Both the position numbers and the translations under genes were made by a program. From contig CAZUBB010000009.1 in the NCBI GenBank assembly GCA_964618485.1, positions 4,425 through 46,008 of the forward strand: a stretch of 41,584 bases of DNA, read 5' to 3'. The notes under the pieces are model-generated. The model saw only the letters and a list, made by a program, of their open reading frames with translations, made no database searches and was not told where the DNA came from. The stretch comes from an uncultured Pirellulales bacterium (GTDB lineage: Bacteria > Planctomycetota > Planctomycetia > Pirellulales > JALHLM01). This document shows, in pieces, positions 34,786 to 41,584 of the stretch (position 1 is the stretch's first letter; each line of letters starts with the position of its first letter).

Positions 34786-35718
34786 ATGCCGCGCGTCGTT
34801 TATTTCAACGGTCGATTCGTTCCCGAACGCGATGCGCGGGTCTCGATTTACGATTCCGCGCTGCTGCTGGGGGACATGGCGTACGAGGTGACGCGGACGA
34901 TCCGGCAGCGTCCCTACCGCTTGCGGGAACACTTGGAGCGGCTTTGGCATTCGCTGGCGGTGCTGCGGATCGAGCCGGGAGTACAACTCGAGGAGCTGGA
35001 AGCGATTACTCTCGACATGCTGGCCAGGAATCTGCCGACCGAGGCGGGCGACGTGGATTGGAACATCGTTCACGATGTTTCTCGCGGGCCGTCCGCGGAA
35101 TATCGCGATGCCTTCGCCGCGGACGAGTTTCGTCCGACCGTGATCGTGAGTTGTTATCCGATGACGGATAAACTCGCTCGTTTGGCGGGCAGCTATCGCG
35201 AGGGAATTGATTTGGTCGTTCCCGCGCAGCGCTCGCTCCCTTCGGCGGTGCTGGACTCGGCGATCAAATGCCGCAGCCGGGTGCATTTCCAACTGGCGAA
35301 CTTGCAGGCCCGAGAGATTCTGCCGAGTGCCACCGCCGCGTTAATCGATCCAGACGGTTATCTCACGGAAGGGACGAGCGGCAACTTATTCTGCGTCGAG
35401 CGCGGCGTCGTGCTGACGCCCACGACGCGGAACATCCTGCCCGGAATCACCCGGGATACCGTGCTCGATCTCGCGCGGCGGCTTGGAATTCCCGCGCAAG
35501 AGACGGACATCACGCCGGATCGCGCACGCTACGCCGAGGAGATGTTCGTCACGTCGACGAGCATCGGCATCCTGCATGCGCGGAGCTTTGAGAGGCAGCC
35601 GTGCGGCGACGGGCGCATTGGCCCTGTGACGGCGCAGTTACGCGCGGCGCTGTTCGCAGACGTCGGTCTCGACTTCGCGGCGCAGGCGCGGGAATGCGCG
35701 CTACGCCGCGGTCTGTGA
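34786..35718 (+). CDS. Aminotransferase class IV (branched-chain/D-amino-acid aminotransferase family)
   Basis: MPRVVYFNGRFVPERDARVSIYDSALLLGDMAYEVTRT is a typical class IV N-terminus. Also present: AIKCRSRVHFQLANLQA, YLTEGTSGNLFCVERGVVLTP and ILPGITRDTVLDLA. Confidence 0.85.
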   Translation: MPRVVYFNGRFVPERDARVSIYDSALLLGDMAYEVTRTIRQRPYRLREHLERLWHSLAVLRIEPGVQLEELEAITLDMLARNLPTEAGDVDWNIVHDVSRGPSAEYRDAFAADEFRPTVIVSCYPMTDKLARLAGSYREGIDLVVPAQRSLPSAVLDSAIKCRSRVHFQLANLQAREILPSATAALIDPDGYLTEGTSGNLFCVERGVVLTPTTRNILPGITRDTVLDLARRLGIPAQETDITPDRARYAEEMFVTSTSIGILHARSFERQPCGDGRIGPVTAQLRAALFADVGLDFAAQARECALRRGL

Positions 35719-35728
35719 TGGTGTGAAG

Positions 35729-36166
35729 TCAGTCCAGCTTGATCTCGAGGTCGTCGACCGCCTCTTTAATCTCGATCCGCAGCTTCTCGCCCATGCCGCC
35801 GTATTTCTCGACGATGGCTTGCTCTTCGGGGTGGTGCTTCACCTTCACCTTGCCGGTTTCTTCGTCCAGGCTCATCGCCTTGAAGCGAACGACGACCGTG
35901 TGCATGCCGACCTTGGCGCCATCGCGTTCGGGGTCGTAGCTGAGCTTGAAGTAGCCATTCTCATCGGACCGGCCCCAGCTCGGGCGGCCTTCATCCGGCA
36001 AGAAGGTAACGGTCAGGTTCGGCACCGGTTTGCCGCCTCGCGTCAGGCGTCCCTCGACTTCCACGACGTCGGGACCCGAGCCGCCGCAGCCGGCGGTCAG
36101 CAGCAACGAGAAGGAGGCGAAGGCGCCGGCAATTGCTGCGAAGAAACGAGGAGCTTTGGTTGTCAT
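35729..36166 (-). CDS. Small lipoprotein (carboxypeptidase-regulatory-like beta-sandwich?), partner of the DUF1559 gene
   Basis: MTTKAPRFFAAIAGAFASFSLLLTAGC-GGSG is a signal peptide with a lipobox-like Cys, followed by VEVEGRLTRGGKPVPNLTVTFLPDEGRPSWGRSDENGYFKLS. ATG at 36166. Confidence 0.7.
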   Translation of the reverse strand: MTTKAPRFFAAIAGAFASFSLLLTAGCGGSGPDVVEVEGRLTRGGKPVPNLTVTFLPDEGRPSWGRSDENGYFKLSYDPERDGAKVGMHTVVVRFKAMSLDEETGKVKVKHHPEEQAIVEKYGGMGEKLRIEIKEAVDDLEIKLD

Positions 36167-36320
36167 GGGGATTCGGTAGTTGGGAAAAGTCGCTTGGGCG
36201 ATGGGAAATCTCTCAACACGGACGACAAACAACAGGCGTCAATTAAACGAGAAGCTGGAGGCGAATGCAACCATTCGCCCCCAGCGTTTTCGATTGGTCG
36301 GAATGACACTGCGTGTCGAA

Positions 36321-37343
36321 CTAGCGGAAGAACAGCAACCTCATGTCGTCCGTGCCCATGGCGCGCGTGAAGTTGGCGGCGTAAGTCAGCATGTTGATGT
36401 CGTTGCTCACGAACTCGACGCGTCCATCGCAATACGACACCATGACTCCGCCGACGTGCTTGCTCGCGGCGCCGCGGTGATTGTAATCGGTGCTGTTCGG
36501 CGGGGTCGGGAAGCCGATGTTGATCGGATTGTTTTCGCCCGACGGGTGTTCCGCGCAAGTCACGTACCCTTCCGAAATGTGGTGCGTGAAGATAAACGAA
36601 TTGCAACCGGCGTCGGGCGGGCAGAAGCTGTGCGAACCGGTATGGGCGAACTCCAGAAACATGTAGGTGTTGCTCATCCCGTCCTTGATGTCCTTGATCT
36701 TCACCTTGCTGTCGAGCCAGGAGATGCCTTTGTGATTACGAGCCAGTTCCTTGCCGCGCCAGCGTTCCGGGCAGCAGTTGCCGGTGCCGTAATTGACGCC
36801 GTAATCCTTCATGATGCCCGGGCCGATCATCAACGGCACGGAGGGGCAGGCGAACGTCGCCGGCATACTTTCACAGGCCTGCTTGTTCTTGACGTCCCCA
36901 CCGACAATCGGAGTCGGTTTTGCGCCATAACCGATCCCTGATTGGCCGACCTCGTAGATGTAACCGGTGTAAGCCGGAACGCGGAAGTCGATCGCTTTGT
37001 AGAGACCTTGCTGTTCCATGAACGGAAGGATGTGCGCGCTCCAGTTGAAACTGCCCCAGGGCAGGCCGCCATTCTGAAACGCCGACGAGGGATTGTCAGT
37101 CGGCCTCCCACTGCGGTCGGTCGTCTTCTGATACGTGTTGCCCGGGACGATTTGCTTGTACGTGCTTTCGTACGTCAGCATGGCCAACGACAACTGCTTC
37201 ATGTTGTTGGTGCACTGCGCGCGCCGCGCGGCCTCGCGGGCGACCTGCAGCGCCGGCAAGAGGAGGGCGATCAGAATCCCGATGATGGCGATCACGACCA
37301 GCAACTCGACCAGCGTGAAGCCGCGTGCATGACGGCGGTTCAT
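36321..37343 (-). CDS. DUF1559 protein with N-terminal prepilin-type cleavage/methylation signal and C-terminal H-X9-DG motif
   Basis: [55 protein letters not shown], and near the C-terminus [12 protein letters not shown] (H, 9 residues, DG). SD GAGGAG lies 7 nt before ATG 37343; the ORF is open to 37364. Confidence 0.9.
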   Translation of the reverse strand: MNRRHARGFTLVELLVVIAIIGILIALLLPALQVAREAARRAQCTNNMKQLSLAMLTYESTYKQIVPGNTYQKTTDRSGRPTDNPSSAFQNGGLPWGSFNWSAHILPFMEQQGLYKAIDFRVPAYTGYIYEVGQSGIGYGAKPTPIVGGDVKNKQACESMPATFACPSVPLMIGPGIMKDYGVNYGTGNCCPERWRGKELARNHKGISWLDSKVKIKDIKDGMSNTYMFLEFAHTGSHSFCPPDAGCNSFIFTHHISEGYVTCAEHPSGENNPINIGFPTPPNSTDYNHRGAASKHVGGVMVSYCDGRVEFVSNDINMLTYAANFTRAMGTDDMRLLFFR

Positions 37344-37523
37344 AGAAAAACTCCTCAATGACATTCAATGAGACAAGTATGACCAAGCGCCGGCCGCGCG
37401 AACGCGCAACCGATGGACTCTGCCGACTGGCCGCGGACTGGGGTGAATCGCCTCCTTGCCGACGATTCCTGCCTTGACTAGGACCCCCGGGTTCCACCTT
37501 CAAAGTCTACCAGCACCCTAACC

Positions 37524-37538
37524 ATTCGACAATCGAAT
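37524..37538. promoter_or_regulatory. Inverted repeat ATTCGA-N3-TCGAAT in the AT-richer DUF1559 upstream region
   Basis: Perfect 6-bp arms at 37524-37529 and 37533-37538, about 180 nt upstream of the DUF1559 start and next to an AT-rich stretch (37541-37575). Confidence 0.25.
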
Positions 37539-37677
37539 AGTGCATTTAGAATTGTAAGTTTTGTGTTTGCGCAGCGTACGTGAGTCCTCACCCAACCGGC
37601 CATTTCGAGCCTGGCTGATCGCCGCGCGGCCAACACCGGCGGCAAATGCCCACTTTGGGGAGGACAGGGGCGACTTG

Positions 37678-39135
37678 CTATGAAACGCCGCGGCCGCGCC
37701 AACGTTTCGGGCGTTGGAACGCCAGGGCCGCCGCGCCGATCAAAACAATCAAGATCGTGGCCGGCTCCGGGACAGCGGTCGCGGCGCCGCCGAAGTCGTT
37801 ACGGACATTATTGAGGTCGTTTAAGTCGACGATGCCGTCGAAGTTGGTGTCTCCGAGGCCGGCGCCACCGAAGTTGTTCCGCACGTTGTTGAGATCGACG
37901 AGATCGACACGGCCGTCGTCGTTGGTGTCCCCCCATAATGGGAGCAATTTAAAGACCTCGCCGCCGAGATCGACGATGTACAGTTCGCCCGCGGCGTCTT
38001 CGCCGAACGAAGAGATCTGATCGATGGTCCCGATGTTGGAAATGATGCGCCGGGAGCGGTTTTGGAACTCCGTCTTGGTCTCGCCGTCGTAACGGAACGT
38101 CCAGAGTTGTTCGGTCGCGTAATCGGCGAAGAAATAAGTTCCGTTAAGATAAGGCATGGCGTCGCCTCGGTAGACCGGTCCGCCAGTGACGGCATAGCCG
38201 CCATTGGGCGTCGATTCATGGGGATATTCGTGGATCGGCGGCGTAAACCGCGGATCGTTGCATTCCCAACCGGAGGCCGTGTTCGCGCAGGAGGTGCCCT
38301 CCATGACCTTCCAGCCGTAGTTCACGCCTCCAGGACTGTCGCCCGGTTGGAAATTGACCTCTTCCAGGTCGTTCTGACCGACATCGGCGATATAGAGGGC
38401 GCCGGTATCGCGATCGAAACCATTCCGCCAAGGATTGCGAAGCCCGTAAGCCCAAATCTCGTCGTCTCCTTCGACGCCGACGAAGGGATTGCTGAGCGGG
38501 ATTCCATACTGGCCCGTCGGCCCGTCGCGACCGTCGACGTCGATCCGCAGCATCTTGCCCAGCTTTTGCTGCGTGATGTCGAGGGCGCGGTTGCCGGGGT
38601 CGTTCCCCGATCCGCCGTCGCCCGAGGCAATATAGAGGTAGCCGTCGTTGGGCCCGAAGCCCATCCAGCCGCCGTTGTGGTTGGAAAAGGGCTGCGCGTA
38701 TCCCATTACCAGGCGCATGCTGTTGGGATCGGCGACATCAGGGTTGTCGCCGACGGCGTACTCGCGAATCTCCGTCGCGCCGCTCGATAGCGTCAAGTTC
38801 ACATAGAACTTGCCGTTGTTGACGAAGTCGGGGTGGAAGGCCAGGCCGAGCAGGCCTTGCTCGTTTCCTGTTGAGAGCCCGCTGAGATCGAGAAAAGGCG
38901 TGGGATTGATCGCGCCGGTGGTTTGATTGCGGATCTTGATGATGCCGGTGTGCTGCTCTGCGATGAACAGCCGGTTGAAGTCGCCCGCCGGCGAACCGGC
39001 GTAAATCGGGCGTGCGAGGCCCGAGACAACGCGTTGGGCGGTGACCGAAGCGCCCTGCGCTTCCCACACCCCCCAGGTATAGAACGCCATCGGGACGATC
39101 GCCAAGGCGATCGCATGCAGCAGTTGCCGGCTCAT
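37678..39135 (-). CDS. PQQ-dependent sugar dehydrogenase (soluble glucose/sorbosone dehydrogenase family) fused to a dockerin-type module and a PEP-CTERM anchor
   Basis: Signal/TM MSRQLLHAIALAIVPMAFYTW. GSDH motifs GLLGLAFHPDFVNNGKFYVN, SNHNGGWMGFGPNDGYLYIASGDGG, YGLRNPWR. Dockerin-like GDTNDDGRVDLVDLNNVRNNFG...GDTNFDGIVDLNDLNNVRNDFG. C-terminal VPEPATILIVLIGAAALAFQRPKRWRGR. Confidence 0.88.
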   Translation of the reverse strand: MSRQLLHAIALAIVPMAFYTWGVWEAQGASVTAQRVVSGLARPIYAGSPAGDFNRLFIAEQHTGIIKIRNQTTGAINPTPFLDLSGLSTGNEQGLLGLAFHPDFVNNGKFYVNLTLSSGATEIREYAVGDNPDVADPNSMRLVMGYAQPFSNHNGGWMGFGPNDGYLYIASGDGGSGNDPGNRALDITQQKLGKMLRIDVDGRDGPTGQYGIPLSNPFVGVEGDDEIWAYGLRNPWRNGFDRDTGALYIADVGQNDLEEVNFQPGDSPGGVNYGWKVMEGTSCANTASGWECNDPRFTPPIHEYPHESTPNGGYAVTGGPVYRGDAMPYLNGTYFFADYATEQLWTFRYDGETKTEFQNRSRRIISNIGTIDQISSFGEDAAGELYIVDLGGEVFKLLPLWGDTNDDGRVDLVDLNNVRNNFGGAGLGDTNFDGIVDLNDLNNVRNDFGGAATAVPEPATILIVLIGAAALAFQRPKRWRGRGVS

Positions 39136-39395
39136 AGGTGGTCCTCTCCGTTGCCGCCGAACGCCCCCGCAATTCGGCGGAGCCCATTGTCCACCGGCTG
39201 GGGAGCAGTCGCAAGCGCCTGTGGGAAGGCGTTTCAGCAAGTTCCGTAGTCCGCGTTAACCCCGAACCTGGGGGACTTGCACCGGGCGAAATGACACAGG
39301 GGAACTGCGTGAAGCGGGAAACGCAATTCCGGCGAGAATCGAGTCGCATGACGCAAGCCATTGCGATTAAGAGACTTACGATCACGCAACCGATA

Positions 39396-39423
39396 TTGAC
39401 TCGATTTTGACCCTGGCTATAAT
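39396..39423 (+). promoter_or_regulatory. Near-consensus sigma70-type promoter
   Basis: TTGACT (39396-39401), a 16-nt spacer, then TATAAT (39418-39423), in a locally AT-richer intergenic region 256 nt upstream of the response-regulator ATG. Confidence 0.55.
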
Positions 39424-39678
39424 TGCTCGGCGTGGCAAATCCGGCAATTCGGGAAGAAGCGGATAAGCCTGCGGAATGCGAAGGTGTCAACGAGCAAAGG
39501 ATTTGGGAATTCGGCACCTGCGGCCGTCTTCCAAGAGAGGGCGGACCCTCGAAACGTTGGCGCCGAGGCTAGCGAGACACGGATGACCGGACCTCCGCCG
39601 GGCCGCTCTTGTGGACAGAGCGACCTTGGAGGTTGACTAGACTAGCCCACCATCGGCTAGGAGAAGGGTGGTAAACCC

Positions 39679-40257
39679 ATGAAGGATGTCTACACGACCG
39701 GCGAGGCGGCCAAAATCTGCAAGGTGAGCCAGCAGACCATTATTCGCTGCTTCGATTCCGGCCAGTTGCGCGGCTTCCGCGTACCAGGAAGCCGGTTCCG
39801 CCGCATCCCCCGGGCGGAGCTGTACCAATTCATGAAGGACAACCAGATCCCGACCGATGCCCTGGAAAGCGGCAAGCGGAAGGTGCTGATTGTCGATGAC
39901 GACGTCGAGTTGGTCGAGCTGATCACCGAGGTCCTGGTCCGGGACGGCCGGTTCGAGACCCGCAGCGTGAACAACGGCTTCGACGCCGGCATGATGGTCA
40001 AGGAATATCGCCCGGAATTGATCGTTCTGGACGTGATGCTTCCGGACATCAACGGCCGCGAGGTCTGCCAACGGGTCCGCAGCGACAGCACGATGGACTC
40101 GGTGCGGATCATCTGCATCTCCGGCATGGTGGAGGATGACAAGATCGAAGACCTCCGCGCTGCCGGGGCGAACGACTTCATGCATAAGCCGTTCGAGATC
40201 GAGCAGCTCGTCGAGCGGATGTGCCAATTGCTGGATATGGAAGCGGCGAACGTGTAG
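39679..40257 (+). CDS. Response regulator with N-terminal excisionase/MerR-type HTH and C-terminal receiver domain
   Basis: HTH: YTTGEAAKICKVSQQTIIRCFDSGQLRGFRVPGSRFRRIPRAEL. Receiver: KVLIVDDDVELVELI...LIVLDVMLPDINGREVC...ICISGM...GANDFMHKPF. Confidence 0.88.
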   Translation: MKDVYTTGEAAKICKVSQQTIIRCFDSGQLRGFRVPGSRFRRIPRAELYQFMKDNQIPTDALESGKRKVLIVDDDVELVELITEVLVRDGRFETRSVNNGFDAGMMVKEYRPELIVLDVMLPDINGREVCQRVRSDSTMDSVRIICISGMVEDDKIEDLRAAGANDFMHKPFEIEQLVERMCQLLDMEAANV

Positions 40258-40359
40258 GGAAACTGCGTGCGATGAAGGATGAATGATGAACGGGAGGCGC
40301 CGCCCTCCGGTGGTTCTTCATTCCGCCTTCGCCGTGTTCCCTCGCTAAGCAGCCGCTGA

Positions 40360-41358
40360 ATGATGACGAACGAGTCTTCCAGCGGCGCGTGTGAATGGCC
40401 GGCCTGGAGCGCGGAGTGCTATGCCGCGCTGACCGACGCGCTCGTGACGGACGATGCGGACCGCTGTCGCCGCCTGATGGGAGCGGCGATGGCGGCGGAT
40501 GCGGAGTTTTCCGCGTGGTTCGTCGCGCGACGTGCCGGCGATGCGCTCATCAACTCGCAGGAACTGGCGAGCTGGCTAGCCCCGTTCCGCGCGTGCCGAG
40601 CGCGAAGTTCCGAGCAAGTGCGATGTGCCGAGGCGCTCGCGTTGCGCGGCGCGCTCATGGAAAGCGTGAGCGCATTTCAAGCGGCGCTCGACGACGCCAA
40701 GCTCACGGCCCTCGCCGAATTCGCCGCCGGCGCAGGGCACGAGATGAACAACCCGCTGGCGGTGATTTCCGGGCGGGCGCAGTTGCTTTTGCGCGGCGAA
40801 GCGGACGACACGCGGCGGGCCGACTTGGCGCTGATCAAAGCGCAGGCGACGCGCGTGCACGAGATGATTGCCGACCTGATGCTCTTCGCGCGCCCGCCGG
40901 CGCCGGTCAAGAAGACGACGGATCTCTGCGAACTGGTGCGTGGGGCGATCGAGAAACTGCGCGAAGCGGCGGCGCAGAAGCAGGTGCAGTTGATCGCCAA
41001 GTTGCCGGACGCTCCGGTGGTGCACGAAGTCGACGCCTCGCAGTTCGAAGTGGCAGTCCGCGCGTTGATCGAAAATGGCGTCAACGCGATGAAGGCGGCC
41101 GGGCAGGTCGTCGTCGAGATTGATCAGTCCCCGGCGCATGTCACGCTCACCGTCCGCGACGACGGCGCCGGCATTTCGCCGGCAGAGCGGGAATTGATCT
41201 TCGACCCGTATTATTCGGGTCGCCAGGCGGGGCGGGGACTCGGAATGGGGCTGCCAAAATGCTGGAAGATCGTCCAGCAACACGGTGGCACATTAACCGC
41301 CCGCGAAGCCCCCGGCGGCGGTGCGGAGTTCGCCATCACACTACCAGCCAACCTGTAG
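40360..41358 (+). CDS. Soluble sensor histidine kinase (HisKA + HATPase_c) with an uncharacterised Cys-containing N-terminal domain
   Basis: H-box GAGHEMNNPLAVISGRAQLLL, N-box LIENGVNAM, G-boxes VRDDGAGISPAE and GRGLGMGLPKCWKIVQQHGGTL. No hydrophobic spans. Confidence 0.88.
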   Translation: MMTNESSSGACEWPAWSAECYAALTDALVTDDADRCRRLMGAAMAADAEFSAWFVARRAGDALINSQELASWLAPFRACRARSSEQVRCAEALALRGALMESVSAFQAALDDAKLTALAEFAAGAGHEMNNPLAVISGRAQLLLRGEADDTRRADLALIKAQATRVHEMIADLMLFARPPAPVKKTTDLCELVRGAIEKLREAAAQKQVQLIAKLPDAPVVHEVDASQFEVAVRALIENGVNAMKAAGQVVVEIDQSPAHVTLTVRDDGAGISPAERELIFDPYYSGRQAGRGLGMGLPKCWKIVQQHGGTLTAREAPGGGAEFAITLPANL

Positions 41359-41532
41359 CTGGCCTCTATGAGGCCGGCGCGTTGGATGTAGATCCCTGAA
41401 ACGATCCGTTTGATCTGTGTCTGCTATGTTGGCGCGCCAACTCCGCGAGGTCACAGACCTCGGCTACAGACGGACATCGGCAATGACACTTCTTTACTCC
41501 TTTTCTTCTCTTCTCCTTTTCTACTCCCCACC

Positions 41533-41563
41533 AATAAAACAAGGCCGCCCGGGAGACGGCCTT
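41533..41563 (-). terminator. Rho-independent terminator for a minus-strand gene lying beyond the window end
   Basis: On the minus strand, AAGGCCG-tctcccggg-CGGCCTT (7-bp stem, plus-strand coordinates 41541-41563) is followed by GTTTTATT (plus-strand 41533-41540). Confidence 0.5.
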
Positions 41564-41584
41564 GGGACATCGGCTGCCGGCTGG

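Noticed and set aside
39425-39480. Resemblance of GGCAAAUCCGGCAAUUCGGGAAGAAGCGGAUAAGCC to a c-di-GMP-I (GEMM-I) riboswitch core
   Set aside because: Only a few short matches (GGCAAA, AAGCC) were found by eye. I could not build the two-helix tetraloop/receptor architecture, so it cannot be claimed without a covariance-model scan.
1-41584. Search for tRNA/rRNA genes, CRISPR repeats, transposases/integrases, IS inverted repeats and toxin-antitoxin or other defence-type gene pairs
   Set aside because: No T-loop-type GGTTCGAAT motifs occur in intergenic DNA and there are no regularly spaced direct repeats. No ORF has DDE, tyrosine-recombinase or nuclease/ATPase defence-like motifs. All long ORFs are accounted for by the features listed.

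Overview
GC-rich bacterial window with Planctomycetota hallmarks: a DUF1559 'H-X9-DG' prepilin-like protein, dockerin-type repeats fused to PEP-CTERM anchors, and a PSCyt-like secreted protein. All calls come from reading the ORF translations and DNA by eye; no searches were run, and family accessions are quoted from memory. Layout: (1) 45-22547 is one co-directional, partly overlapping exopolysaccharide (EPS) operon. Its gene set matches exosortase/PEP-CTERM (XrtA-type) EPS loci: a Wzz/BY-kinase, a giant PrsT-like TPR protein, an EpsI-family protein, a priming sugar transferase, a PEP-CTERM-locus deacetylase, four GT4 glycosyltransferases, a Wzy_C/O-ligase-like protein, an acetyltransferase, an AsnB-type amidotransferase and a COG4310 aminopeptidase-like protein. 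It also carries a large glycanase-like gene split by a frameshift. (2) 22.7-26.5 kb holds ydcF-like, def, mutM, hsp20 and a small acidic ORF, with candidate regulatory RNA and promoter structure. (3) 26.6-30.1 kb is a minus-strand operon of three PEP-CTERM surface proteins, two of them carrying dockerin modules. (4) A TPR-sulfotransferase, a secreted CX4CH protein, an EamA-like permease and a class IV aminotransferase follow. (5) Next come a DUF1559/lipoprotein pair and a PQQ sugar dehydrogenase fused to dockerin plus PEP-CTERM. (6) The window ends with an HTH-receiver response regulator and a soluble histidine kinase behind a consensus promoter with a ~250-nt leader. No rRNA, tRNA, CRISPR array or transposase was recognised. 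The most system-like signal is the EPS locus with an orphan EpsI, four PEP-CTERM cargo genes (three with dockerins) and a sulfotransferase, with no exosortase gene visible in the window.
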